The notes under the pieces are model-generated. The model did not search any database, was not told the DNA's origin, and saw only the letters and a program-made list of their open reading frames with translations. The position numbers and the translations under genes were made by a program. Positions 1-12,296 of a stretch of DNA of 64,000 nucleotides are shown in pieces. Within the stretch, counting starts at the first letter, position 1; every line of letters begins with the position of its first letter. Source of the DNA: Octopus sinensis (Eukaryota); contig NC_043000.1 in NCBI RefSeq assembly GCF_006345805.1, positions 124,620,001 to 124,684,000 on the forward strand, given 5' to 3'.

Positions 1-280
1 GTAAATTTTTTAAAAAATCGTTGACTCATCATAGACATTTTTAGAAAGTTACTTCCCTTATATAATAGCGAAAAAATGCATTAAAATGGAAAAAAATGAT
101 GGTAAATTATTTTTTAAATCGTAGACTCATTGTAGACGCGTGCTAATACCCAGAAGGGCTCGATATGAATCACGACTATAAGATACCCGCTTTTGGTTAC
201 ACTGTACCGCAAAATGTGGGAGTAGTTAGGAATCTAAATCGTAGGAGACAGACACACAACTTGACTTTTATATATAAAGA
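1..280 (-). mobile_element. Non-autonomous Helitron-like element, 5' end (continues beyond the window start)
   Basis: Minus strand reads A|TCTTTATATATAAAAGTCAAGTTGTGTGTCTGTCT, matching the 5'-TC plus TATATATAAAA start typical of animal Helitrons, preceded by A. The 3' CTRR end is not in the window. Confidence 0.55.
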
Positions 281-520
281 TTTGAATTAAGGCATGGAGC
301 TTCATCAGAATAAAAAACAAGAGCATCCAATATAAACAAAGGGAAGAAGGAATAGGAAAGAAAACCTGGCCTAGAAAAGAAGTCCAGAAGGCCAGAAGCT
401 CCCTGTCTTAATTTGAATATCCTATACTCTTTTACTCTTTTATTTCTTTCAGTCATTTGACTGTGGCTATGCTGGAGCAGCATGGCCACAGCACCACCAA
501 CTGAAACATAAAAGGTTACA

Positions 521-904
521 CTTTTACTCTTTTGCTCGTTTTAGTCATTTGACTGTGGTCATGCTGGAGCGCCGCCTTTAGTCGATCAAGTAAATCGACC
601 CCAGGACTTATTCTTTGTAAGCCTAGTACTTATTCTGTCTCTTTTTCCGAAGTGCTAAGTTACTGGGACATAAATACACCAACATCGGTTGTCAAGTGAT
701 GTTGGGGGGACAAACGCAGACACACAAACATACACACACACATATATGACGAGCTTCTTTCAGTTTCCGTCTACCAAATCCACTCACAAAGCTTTGGTTG
801 GCCCGAGGCTATAGTAGAAGACACTTGCCCAATGTGCCACACAGTGGGACTGAACCCAGAACCATGTAAGAAAGCTACGTACCACACAGCCACTCCTGTG
901 CCTA
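521..904 (-). mobile_element. tRNA-derived SINE, family A (CORE-like central motif)
   Basis: Same sequence as the copies at 9989, 16706, 18017, 21093, 40924 and 46663. Head has A/B boxes (ggctgtgtggt / gggttcagtccc), a CORE-like ggcaccttgggcaagtgtctt motif in the best-preserved copies, and an (aaagagta)n tail. Confidence 0.85.
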
Positions 905-1494
905 TGATAAACAAAATGATAAACCAAACTAAACCTCAGGAGCCAGTACAATTCCTGAAAAAATCCCAGAAATCTGTGCACATGTTCCAGTAATCGGTGT
1001 ACCAATTAGTCTGTAACCAGCAGACAAAGACAGTCTACCATTAGTCAACCAATTAACATCCTTAGTTCTATATATAACCACCATCACCTGAAGATATTCT
1101 GGTTATTCAAATGCTTTTTACTTGTGCAACCCAACTAACATAACACTACTAGTATTACTAACATAGCACTACTAGTTTTACTTACATAATACTATTGGTC
1201 TTATGAATTCATATTTAGTCTGGAGCCACTCCTGACTGCCATGAATAAAGTTTGTTTTCTCGTGATCTCGATATTTTTGTAAATATTTTCCATCTTAAAT
1301 AACTCACACACACACACACACACACACCTAAAAATGGATGCTGGTCGATGTTTATGAGTGATATCTAGAAAATATATGTAAACACTCCTATCAGAATTTA
1401 TAAATCTACAAATATGAAGTGATAACCTGATTTCTATCTGGTCATTATGGAAAGGTAATAAAAACAATAAAAAAAACTATTTGATTTTCAATGT

Positions 1495-1710
1495 TAATAT
1501 CATCATCATCATCATCATTACCGTTGTTGTTGTCTTGTCATCACCACCACCGCCGCCACCACCATCACCACCACCACCACCACCTCCACCACCACCACCA
1601 CCACCACCACCACCATCATCATCATCGTCGTTGTTGTTGTTGTCATTGTTGTTGTCATCATTGTCATCATTATTGTTGTCAGCGTCGTCGTCATCATCAT
1701 CATCATCATC

Positions 1711-1765
<55 letters not shown>

Positions 1766-1797
1766 CCATCACCATCACCACCACCACCACCATCACC

Positions 1798-1849
<52 letters not shown>

Positions 1850-2143
1850 CCACCACCACCACCACCACCATCACCACCACCATCATCATCATCACCATCA
1901 CCATCACCACCACCACCACCATCACCACCACCATCACCACCACCATCATCATCATCATCCTCATCCTCATCATCATCATCATCATCAACATCATCATCAT
2001 CACCACCACCACCACCACCACCACAGTCGTCGTCGTTGCTGTTGTTGTCATTGTTGTCGTTGTCATTGTCGTCATCACCATCATTGTCCTCATCATCGTT
2101 GTCGTCGTCATCATCATCATCATCTTCATCATTATCATCATCA
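1495..2143. repeat. Compound trinucleotide microsatellite (CAT/CAC/GTT/GTC)n
   Basis: Read directly; explains the poly-D/G, S/P, H and M/V pseudo-ORFs. Confidence 0.95.
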
Positions 2144-3347
2144 ATTAAGGTCTGTTTTATTTGCTGGCATGGGATAGATGCTTTGAAAAAATCCGATGAG
2201 CCATAGAACTGCATCAAGCTCCAATGTCTGCTTTGGAATGGTTTCTATGGCTGGATACCTTTCTTAACAGCAACCACTTAACAAAGTGGACTGGGTGCCT
2301 TTCTCATGTCACAAACACTAGCAGGGTTGCCAAGCAACTTGCAAAACAGAGAAAAGGGAAAAGCTCCCCACCACTGAATCTATTCAATTGTTATATAGTT
2401 TTTTCAGTAATTTCCTATTTGATGTTTGGAAAATTGAATTTGCTTTAGTTGGAATTTCATTTCAACTCAATTAGCATGTCTTGTGTACATCCTGCTGCTC
2501 CTTGTTTTATTGTGAATTGCAACAAAATACAGATCAGCAGATAATTAATGGGAGGCATACACTTAAGACACTGGCTTGATCTTTGTCAGATTGTGTGACT
2601 TGTCTTGCTTGATGTGCCTGCCATGGATTGTTGAAGAATTCTCATATCTACCCAGGGTGAAGCTCTATTCAAAATAAGTCAAACTATTCATAATTATGAA
2701 ATGTTTTATTAAAATAAACTGTTTGGATCACTATGATTTTACAAACGGGAAGTAAGAAATTACTGTCTAACTGACCATATCCTCTGGCCCAAATATCCTA
2801 CCTGTTTTAAGTTCAATCTGCAACACATAATTTCACATTCCTCTGCAATTATTTCAACATCTGATACACAACACACCTGTGCACCTGTACAGGTACAGTC
2901 AGTTTGATGGAGGGTGTGAGCTTATGTGAACTTGAACATTTGATCATTGTAACCAAAGCATCTGTGTAGTTGTTCATACAAACATTTACGAGCTGCAAGA
3001 AATGCATACATGGACATTAACGACTCACTTGTACATCTGCTCTTCCAGTAACTTATATGTGTGTGAAGTCTACTCATTGTTTGATGATCAAATTTCAGCT
3101 CATTATGCAACGTTAATTTTCTTCTGAAAAACTGTTCATTTCCAATTTGTTCTTTGAGAGAACTGTTCATGTACAGGTAGCCAACTGTAATTTGCTTTTT
3201 TATGTTTTACTAAATTATACCATTGTTCATAGCACAAAGTTACTGGCACACACATACACAAAAAAACAAACAGAAAATGGAAAAAAAAAACTCAGAAAAG
3301 AAGAAGGCAAAAAAAAGTATATATATATATGTTAAACTCCAATATAG

Positions 3348-3582
3348 ATGAAGTTAATGATCTGGAAATCTTTTCAATCAGTCCTCAATACAAAACTCTC
3401 ATTGAAATGACAGGTGGAAATGTTAAGGAAACATTTATCTTTTTGGGATTTAGATATTATCTGTGTTCTTCTCACTATTGTCAGTGAGAAGATAGCATTA
3501 CTAGAAAACCTTTAAAGCTTTTGTTATCTGATGATTGCTCTGCTGTTATTCGACATGTAATTGCTTATTTATATTTTTGGAG
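3348..3582 (+). other. Candidate exon (AG...GTAAGT) with one in-frame TGA
   Basis: Consensus donor GAG|GTAAGT; 77-codon frame broken only by TGA at 3485-3487. No recognisable homology. Confidence 0.2.
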
Positions 3583-3964
3583 GTAAGTCTGGTTTCAAGA
3601 GAATATTTGACATATGTGTATGTGCATTTTATTAGCGAATGCACACACAACTGCATGTATGGCTGGTGAAATAAAACTTAATATGGCGGAATGAAAATAA
3701 ATGAAAATGAAAGACTATTCTTAGTACTACAGGACATATTATTAGAAGGAGGTGAATACCGGACAAGAAATGTCAAAGTTAATGGTGAAGTAAATGGCTA
3801 TAGAATCAAGTGTTTTAGACTGCTTTAGAAATAGCAAAGGAACTATTGGAAAAGCAATTTTGGCCAAAATAGGTTGTAATGAAAAGAGTTAGCAATGAGA
3901 CCTTGCTGAAATAACGTTTAGGAAATAGATTGGGAAAAACCCTTTGCCATATGGATTGGTGGAA

Positions 3965-4185
3965 TAAGGTGGCAAGCTAGAAGAATTGTTAGCACTCCAG
4001 GTAAAATGCTTACTGACATTTTGTCTATCTTTATGTTCTGAGTTCAAATGCCATCAAGGTTAACTTTGTCTTTTATCATTTTGGGGTTGATAAAATAAGT
4101 ACCAGTTAAACTCTGGGGGAAATGTATTTGACTTACCCCGTCCCCAAAACTTACTGGGTTTGTACCAAAATTTGAAACCAATATG
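3965..4185 (+). mobile_element. tRNA-derived SINE, family B
   Basis: Diverged match to aggcggcgagctggcagaa...ttctgagttcaaat...ctttgcctttcatcctttcggggtcgataaa...gtaccag, which recurs many times in the window. Confidence 0.7.
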
Positions 4186-4577
4186 GATTGGTAGAATCAT
4201 TATAGCATCGGATAAGCTGCTGTGTGGGTTTTAGCTATAGCTATTTAGTTATAGCCCTTTACGTTCTAAGTTGAAATTTCATTGGAGTCAGTTTTGCCTT
4301 TCATCTTTCTAGAGTTGATAAATAAAATCCCAGTCAAGAACTGAGAATGATTTAAACAATTATACACACTACCTCAACATATTGTATCCTATGACAATAA
4401 AAAAACAAAATATTAACCCTATCCAAAAGCAGAAAATTGCCAGAATTAGAAGAGCAGTAGACAAAATGCTATGCAATATTTAGTTATTACAGTTCTATAT
4501 TTAAAAGATGAGGAATTATGTACATTATTTACATTATTTACATTTGACGGATATTTGTCCTCATCTTGTTTGTTGTT

Positions 4578-4623
4578 AACACAACATTTTGGCTGATACA
4601 CCCTCCAGCCTTCATCAGGTGTC
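4578..4623 (-). ncRNA. Minimal type-I hammerhead ribozyme motif (decayed: GAAA>AAAA)
   Basis: Minus strand: GACAC CUGAUGA A GGCUG..CAGCC AAAA UGUU GUGUU. Stems I and II pair. Confidence 0.6.
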
Positions 4624-4682
4624 TTGGGGGAATTTCAAACTCGGGTTCTCATTCCTAAGGTATTTTCGATATTATTATTATT

Positions 4683-4721
<39 letters not shown>

Positions 4722-4801
4722 ATTGCCCTCAGGCATATGGTGTAGTGGTTAAGAGCGCGGGCTACTAACCTCAACATTCTGAGTTTGGTTCTAGGCAGTG
4801 A

Positions 4802-4898
<97 letters not shown>

Positions 4899-4974
4899 TG
4901 ATAATGATAATAAAAAAAATAATATAATTGAAAAATACCTTAGGAACGAGAACCCAGGTTTGAAATTTCCCCAA

Positions 4975-5020
4975 GACACCTGATGAAGGCTGGAGGGTAT
5001 ATTAGCCAAAACGTTATGTT
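4975..5020 (+). ncRNA. Minimal type-I hammerhead ribozyme motif (decayed: GAAA>AAAA)
   Basis: GACAC CUGAUGA A GGCUG..UAGCC AAAA CGUU AUGUU. Confidence 0.6.
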
Positions 5021-5340
5021 AACAACAAACAAGGTGAGGACAAATATCCGTCAAATGTAAATAATGAATATTTAGTTATGTTTAGTTAATCCTACCAAGG
5101 TTGACATTAACCCAAAACCTTCTGAAGTAAATAAAACAAGTACCATTTAGTACCGGGTTTCATATTATCAACTTTTCCCTCCTACCGAATTTGAAACCTT
5201 GTGCCTAAGGCAGAGATCAGCATTTGCCTTATTCTTTGTATGGGTTTAATTTTACTCTCCTAATCGCTATTCTTGGAGTTGTTGGAACCTTTTTTTCTCA
5301 GTGCTGTTGATATTGTTTTGATTATCATCATCATCATCAT

Positions 5341-5910
5341 CGTTTAACGTCCACTTTCCATGCTAGCATGGGTTGGACGATTTGATGGAGGACTGGCGAA
5401 CCAGATGGCTGCACCAGGCTCCAATCTTGATCTGGCAGAGTTTCTACAACTGGATACCCTTCCTAATGCCAACCACTCTAAGAGTGTAGTGGGTACTTTT
5501 ATGTGCCACTGGTATGAGGGCCAGTCAGAGGGTACTGGCAATGGCCATGCTCAAATGGTGTTTTTTAAGTGCCATCTGCACTGGAGCTAGTTCAGTGGCA
5601 CTGACAAATGACCTCGCTAGAATGTTTTTTCATGTGCCACCGGCACAAGTGCTAGTGAGGCGATGCTGGTAATGATCAGGCTTGAATGGTGCTTTTTATG
5701 TGCCACCAGCATGGAAGCCAGTTAGCTGCTCTGACAACAATCACACTCAGATGGTGCTCTTGGCGCTCCACTAGCACGGATGGCAGTCATTGAATTTCAT
5801 TTCGATTTCACTTGCCTGAACAGGTCTTCGCAAGCAGAGTTTAGTGTCCAATGAAGGAAAGGTATGCATAAGTGGGCTGGTTACACCCCTCGCGTAGGCC
5901 ACGAGGTTGA
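5341..5910 (-). mobile_element. SINE-like retroposon, family C, long form with internal repeated modules and (GAT)n tail
   Basis: Minus strand matches the family motifs gtggttggcgttaggaagggcatccagctgtagaaac and ccaacccatgctagcatggaaagtggacgttaaacgatgatg, shared with more than 10 other copies. Confidence 0.8.
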
Positions 5911-7214
5911 TTTCTTGATTACTCAATTACATAGGGTTTGATGACTCTTTCTTATTTTGACAGTCTCTTAAGTTTTAGTCTTATTATAGTTTGTATTAGG
6001 TTGAGGGCTTGTCCTATGTTTGCTCCTCAGTATGCTCTGATATCAATTATGGGTGATCTCCAATACTGGCTAATACATATATAGTCTCAATCTTGTTGTT
6101 AGTGACTCTGTCTGCTGATCTTTAAAACAACTTTCAAGCGGACACTACCAGAGGGAAAAGGAAAGAGAGAAAAACTGAAAACTACATAGCATAGCACAGA
6201 ACATTCAAAGCCAATACCATATGATGCAGAGAAAACTGCAACCAATTAAAACCAGTGGCATCAATTTGCTACCCAATGTGCTTGAGAGCTGAGGAGGAAC
6301 TGAAACTGAATTGAGCTGGAATACTATACTCTTTGATTGTCATTGCATGCCATATTTTTTGATATTTTGCATTTCCCTTCTATAGGGTAGAAAATAAACC
6401 TTCATTACAACTTATAGATTTTGCTATCTCTATTCATTGCAGCATTATTCTAAAGAAAAATAATCTGTCAATTATAAGAGTGATATTTATATCAGAATGT
6501 TATGTATAAAACAATTATAAGAGTGCTCTCTCTCTCTCTCTCTCTCTTTATATATATATATAATATTATATATATTATATATATATTATATATATATATT
6601 ATGTATATATATTTTATACATATATATATACATATATATATACACACATACACACACATGTATATATATTTATCACAATGAATATACAATATGATTAATT
6701 ACATGAGTACTGAGAATATATATATATATATATATATATATCAGAATATATATATAATATGATTAATTATATGGGTGTTATATATCAAACCAAAGACTTT
6801 AGTAGATTTGCTGATTGCATTTTCAATTAGTGTTGTATGTATTGATTACTATATTTATCTTAGATAACATTGTGTCTATTTGCTTAAATGGTAATAGTCT
6901 ATTGTGGCATAAGGGTTTTTTTCTTTGTTTTATTTTATACAGAACATCATTACTTTTAGCTTCGTTGTTTCATTGATTTAATCTTTCCTGTGTTCCTTAA
7001 TTCTGGTCTCTATGGTGTGTACATTCTACCAGAAATATTCGCGATTTTATATTTGAAATTAAGTGCAGTCCACCACCAGGTTCAGTTCTTGGTGAAGTGT
7101 GGAAGCTTGAGTACCTCAATGACCCTTAGAGTTATGCTAGCAGAGCATAAGCTGTTAGGGCCTCCCATGCTGTACAGGTCAAAGGATAGGGGCCAGACAG
7201 TATTGAACATCTCT

Positions 7215-7245
<31 letters not shown>

Positions 7246-7246
<1 letters not shown>

Positions 7247-7470
7247 TTAACGTCTGTTGTCCATGCTAGCATGAGTTGGACAGTGTGACCATAGCTGGCA
7301 AGCTGGGTAAAGGTTGGGCGAGGTGGGTGCTGGCTGCACCAGACATTGGTCTGATTTGGAATGGTTTCTACAGCTGGATGTCCTGCTTAATGTTAACCAC
7401 TTTACAGAGTGTGCTGGATGCTTTTATGTGTCACCGCACGGACACTTTTATGTGGTACCACCATGGGTAC
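7246..7470 (-). mobile_element. SINE family C, 3' part
   Basis: Same motifs and adjacent (CAT)n tail. Confidence 0.75.
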
Positions 7471-7878
7471 TTTACACAACCAGAAGGATCAGTCTTAAAA
7501 AACGTGGGTTTGCATAGGGCCAATACCCCTACCTAGAAAAACACGAAGTTACAGAAGCGTCAATGACAATTCAAAACTAACACAATCTGGGAAATGAAAG
7601 ACTTCCCTCAGGGAAACATATATCAGACCCAGACTTGGAACTCACCAGGGAGGCAGAAGAGAGGCCAACTGGAGTGATCCAAAAAAAGACCACACAGAGT
7701 CAAGAACAATGGAGAAAAGTCGTTGATGGTTAATGCTCCAGGGTGAAGGAAAGGGCTTAAGTAAATTAAGAATTGTGGATTGGAAAAACTGGTTTACGGA
7801 CAAAATATCTAGTGGTATTTGGTTTCTTTAAATCTGAGTTCAAACCTTGCAAAAGTCAGCTTTCATTTGGTAAATTAA

Positions 7879-8098
7879 CCCTTTCATTACCAACCTGGCT
7901 GAAACCGGCTCTGGCTCTGTAGTACAAATGTCTTGTTTTCTTAAGTTTTTGAATTAAAATCTTCCACCAAACCTTAGTCACAATTTATTTTTCTAACTTA
8001 ATGATAACTAAGTTATTATTTTACTAAATTCTTTGTTTTACTTAAAATTAATTGAAAGAAATACAGATCATCTGAAAATAAATACAGTAATGAAAGGG
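7879..8098 (+). mobile_element. piggyBac-like MITE
   Basis: TTAA|CCCTTTC...GAAAGGG|TTAA termini; same family at 8129, 15620, 40240 and 48751. Confidence 0.8.
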
Positions 8099-8128
8099 TT
8101 AAAAATATAATAGAGAAACGATTCTTAA

Positions 8129-8338
8129 CCCTTTTGATACCAACCCAGCTGAAACCATCTCTGGCTCTGTAGAACAAATGTCTTGTTTTCATAAGTTTTG
8201 AATTAAAATCTTTCACCAAACTTAGTCATAATTTAGGTTCCTTAATGATAACTAAGTTATTTTACTAGATTCTTTGTTATATTTAAAATAATTGAAAGAA
8301 ATACAGAGCATCACAAAATAAATACGGTAACGAAAGGG
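8129..8338 (+). mobile_element. piggyBac-like MITE (second, adjacent copy)
   Basis: TTAA|CCCTTTTG...CGAAAGGG|TTAA. Confidence 0.8.
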
Positions 8339-8697
8339 TTAAATAACTACCAATCTAGTCCTGAGGTTGATATAATCTATCTTGTATGTTTATGTTAAAA
8401 ATTAACACAAGTCCTTAATTACTTTGTAATTTATTTATTTTATATAGTAAACTGTATGCAAGTTTTAATGGCCAATCACTGGTTCCTTGCATCTCTGAAA
8501 GCAAGAAGGATAAGAGAGTGTTTGTAGGTTGGATGGCATTTGAAGAGCAATGGCTTAATAATACATACATACATACATACATACATACATACATACATAC
8601 ATACATACATACATACACACACACTCAGAGACATATGCACAGGTCCCCACCTCATCCCATCTTGTCCCATATGTATGACAAGCTTCGGTATAGTTAC

Positions 8698-8932
8698 TTA
8701 TTTCTTTATTGCCCACAAGGGGCTAAGCATAGAGGGGACAAATAAGGATAGACAAAAGGATTAAGTTGATTACATCGACCCCAGTGTATAACTGGTACTT
8801 AATTTATCGACCCCGAAAGGATGAAAGGCAAAGTTGACCTTGGTGGAATTTGAACTCCGAACATAATGGCATACGAAATAATGCTAAGCATTTCGCCCAC
8901 CATGCTAATGTTTCTGCCAGCTTGCCGCCTTC
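8698..8932 (-). mobile_element. SINE family B, near full length
   Basis: Reverse complement of the family B sequence. Confidence 0.8.
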
Positions 8933-9988
8933 TGTATAGTTTCTCTCTACCTAATTCCAATCACGAAGTTAATCCAAGACTATGGTAAAAGACACTTGCC
9001 CAAGGTATTGCATGTTGATATCAAACCTGGAACCAGGTAGGTGTGAAATGGACATCTTAAGTTAGTTATACCTATATGCAATCTTCACCAAGGCTTAATC
9101 TGATGTAACACCACAGAATTATGTGATATTATTGAAAATTATGCTGGAACATTGTCAATGAGTCTTTAGAATTTCCTCAGTCAGAAACCTTGCAGTAAAC
9201 TTAGGCAAGTGGATTCAAAGTCTGACAACTATTTTTCAGCAGTATGATCATTAATTGGTAAAATTGCCATTTATAAACAGCTTTATCAGTACACATGCTG
9301 TCCCTTGGTTATTCCTTTAATGATGTGAAAACAAGAGGCCTTTATATTATTAAGAGGCCAGTAGCTGTCAGCTTTCACTACAGAGAAGTTTTATAATGTA
9401 TTTGTTTACAATGCAGCTGCATACCATACAATGGTGGTTGCTTATTATTTTCCTTCTCTTGAGCTGTATTGGAATACATATTAACTGTCCCCCCTACTTG
9501 TGTTGTCAAATACTGAAGGAATATTCAACATATGAAACAAATTGTGGATTTTAGGGATACGTTCCTCACAGCTGTCTCTTTGAAGTTTCTAAAATATTTG
9601 TTAACCATTACTGGCAACAATGGTGAACTCATAGTTAGTCCTCTAAATTAATATAATTTATCTCCCTGTGGGAATTTGAGCTACTCTTAGATAAAATGTC
9701 AACATGGCCATAACGTTATCTGGTTATATTCTTGTTCCTTTTAAAGGCCTGCATTTCCAATCTAGTTTTGATATCCAGCAGAATTTTGTCACATAAAAGT
9801 ATTGAATAGAGTAAAGTATTGTTCATAAATAGAGTGTTTTGACCTAAAGATTGGAAACAGAGTGAAAACATAGCACCTGAGAACAGGTTATGTGCTAATC
9901 AAAACATTATGATGAAGTCTATAGTTTGAACAATTTAATGTTAACAATTTGAAGAGTTTTCAATGTTTAATATGTTGAGAATATAATA

Positions 9989-10191
9989 TACTCTTTACTC
10001 TTTTACTTGTTTCAGTCATTTGACTGTGACTATGCTGGAACACTGCCTTTTGTTGAGCAAATCGACTCCAAGACTTATTCTTTGTAAGCCTAGTACTTAT
10101 TCTATCGGTCTCTCTTGCTGAACTGCCAAGTTACAAGGACGTAAACACACCAACATCAGTTGGGGGAACAAACACAGACACACAAACATAA

Positions 10192-10266
<75 letters not shown>

Positions 10267-10268
10267 TA

Positions 10269-10313
<45 letters not shown>

Positions 10314-10522
10314 CATACATACATACATACATACATACATACATACATACATACATACGACGGGCTACTTTCAGTTTCCATCTACCAAATCCACTCACAA
10401 GTCTTTGGTCGGCCTGAGGCTATAGTAGAAGACACTTGCCCAAGGTGCCGTGCAGTGGGACTGAATCCAGAACCATGTGGTTGGTAAGCAAACTACTTAC
10501 CACACAGCCACTCCCACGCCTA
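9989..10522 (-). mobile_element. SINE family A with expanded internal (TA)n/(TACA)n
   Basis: Full head-to-tail match to the other family A copies. Confidence 0.85.
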
Positions 10523-11393
10523 TATCTACATTATATCCTACAATCTAATAAATATAAAAATAATTTGGAAATGTAATTGAAGAGAACAATGTTCATAATC
10601 TCGCTAATACCTTTATGTGTGATTCAGTTCCATGGAAATATATGAATTGCTGTTTAGACAACCTGATCAAATAGACTTGTTTTGAAGATCTATGATCTAA
10701 AACATTCAGGCCAAGACCAACTTTTCTTTTTTAGCAAGATGTAGGTCTACGTTATTCAAAGTGTCCTTTCTTTATTTTGATTCAGCAGACTCATGATCAA
10801 AGGCCTGCCAACTGTGACAATCTTGTCATTTTTCTCAGCCACATGGCCTTCATTATTCACTGTTTGCTTCCTCTTTTTAAGACAGCAGAGCAGTGAGTCT
10901 CAATTGTTTTTTCCCTTTCTGGTGTTCAGAAAATTAAACAAAAAGTTATTGACACAAAAAGTTATTGTATGGAAAATTTTAAAAAAGTTATATTTTGATG
11001 TTAAGAAATCTAAAAAGAATATTATTCTTGTTTTATTAATCAGATTTGTTTATAATGGTTTAAAATTATTGCACAATGCTAACAATTTTAGGGCGAGGGT
11101 GTAGTTGATTATATTGTCCCCAGTACTTGAGTGGTACTTCATTTCATTGACTCCCAAAAGACGAAAGGTAAAATTGGTCTCATTAAGATTTGAACTTAGG
11201 ATGTAAACAGCCAGAAGAAATATTCTTTTCTATTCTAAGCACAAAGCCTGAAAATTTTTGGGAAGGGGCCAGTCAATTAGATCAACCCCAGTACACAACT
11301 AGTACTTAATTTATTGACCCCAAAAGGATGAAAAGCAAAGTTGACTTCGGCAGAAAGTCAGAACTAACTATTACTTAACTATTCTCTCACACC

Positions 11394-11445
11394 GTCTCCG
11401 ATGAAGGGATATAATTAATAAATATCCTGGAAACAGCCGTAAGGT
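11394..11445 (+). ncRNA. Minimal hammerhead-like motif with variant core CCGAUGA
   Basis: GUCU CCGAUGA AG GGAUAU..AUAUCC UG GAAAC AGCC GUA AGGU. Stem II is a clear hairpin; stem I needs G-U wobbles. Confidence 0.5.
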
Positions 11446-11659
11446 CTTCTATCTATAAATGTTATAATATCTACACAGCCTTGGTTTTTTTTATCTCATT
11501 ACGCAAAAAATTCTTATATACACACGCTGACATATGACCAACGTTGAACCCCTTATTCACAAAATTACCAAACTTGGAACTTAACTATGGTCTGGCTCTA
11601 GCACTTATTCAGCATCACTTGACACCTATGGGTCTCAATGACACCATTACCTCTTATAA

Positions 11660-11700
<41 letters not shown>

Positions 11701-11703
<3 letters not shown>

Positions 11704-12137
11704 AAATAAACTATAACTGTTCTATTTATTATTATTATAATTAATAATGTTTTTTCTTACATGTTTGTATTACCATTTGAAACAGCCGCATGTAGAAATT
11801 AAATTCTAATTTGAACTTTTAACATCTCTTCTCCATTTTTCTAATTGTTAGTAGTGCTTTATATAAGATTTTATCTTATACATGCCTATAACAAACTTTT
11901 ATAGGCATATATTTACTTAAATATATATATTTAAGTAAAAAGTTTGTTATAGGCATGTATAAGATAAAATCTTATATAAAGCACTACTAACAATTAGAAA
12001 AATGGAGAAGAGATGTTAAAAGTTCAAATTAGAATTTAATTTCTACATGCGGCTGTTTCAAATGGTAATACAAACATGTAAGAAAAAACATTATTAATTA
12101 TAATAATAATAAATAGAACAGTTATAGTTTATTTCAC
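11701..12137. repeat. 200-bp inverted repeat with 37-bp spacer
   Basis: 11701-11900 is the reverse complement of 11938-12137, with no mismatch in the portions checked by eye. A diverged direct copy lies at about 12350-12500. Confidence 0.9.
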
Positions 12138-12296
12138 AGATAGACTCAAAAACACATTAACATGTTCCTGTATCTATCTCTCTTTCTCCTTTTACAATCT
12201 ATTAGCAAATATCCAGTCAGCTTCTCCGACATAACCTCTTTGTTTTTCCTTCTAAATTTTTTTGGTAATACCTTTTTGATGCTTTCCTTTAATTTT

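Larger units (their letters stand above)
4488..5066. mobile_element. Palindromic tRNA-head/hammerhead element, copy 1, flanked by a 13-bp direct repeat
   Basis: Left arm 4488-4670 is the reverse complement of the right-arm tail. tRNA-like head at about 4735-4802. AATATTTAGTTAT occurs at both 4475-4487 and 5067-5079. Confidence 0.8.

Noticed and set aside
1477-2217. 200-250 aa poly-D/G, S/P and H ORFs
   Set aside because: Open in several frames on both strands over a trinucleotide microsatellite; no splice or domain evidence. The same applies to the ORFs at 45903, 51001 and 58933-59586.
2922-3170. 82-aa minus-strand ORF in unique sequence
   Set aside because: Poor acceptor context and no recognisable domain.
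9415-9655. Long plus-strand frame with a single TGA
   Set aside because: No convincing donor site and no homology; such frames are expected by chance in AT-rich DNA.
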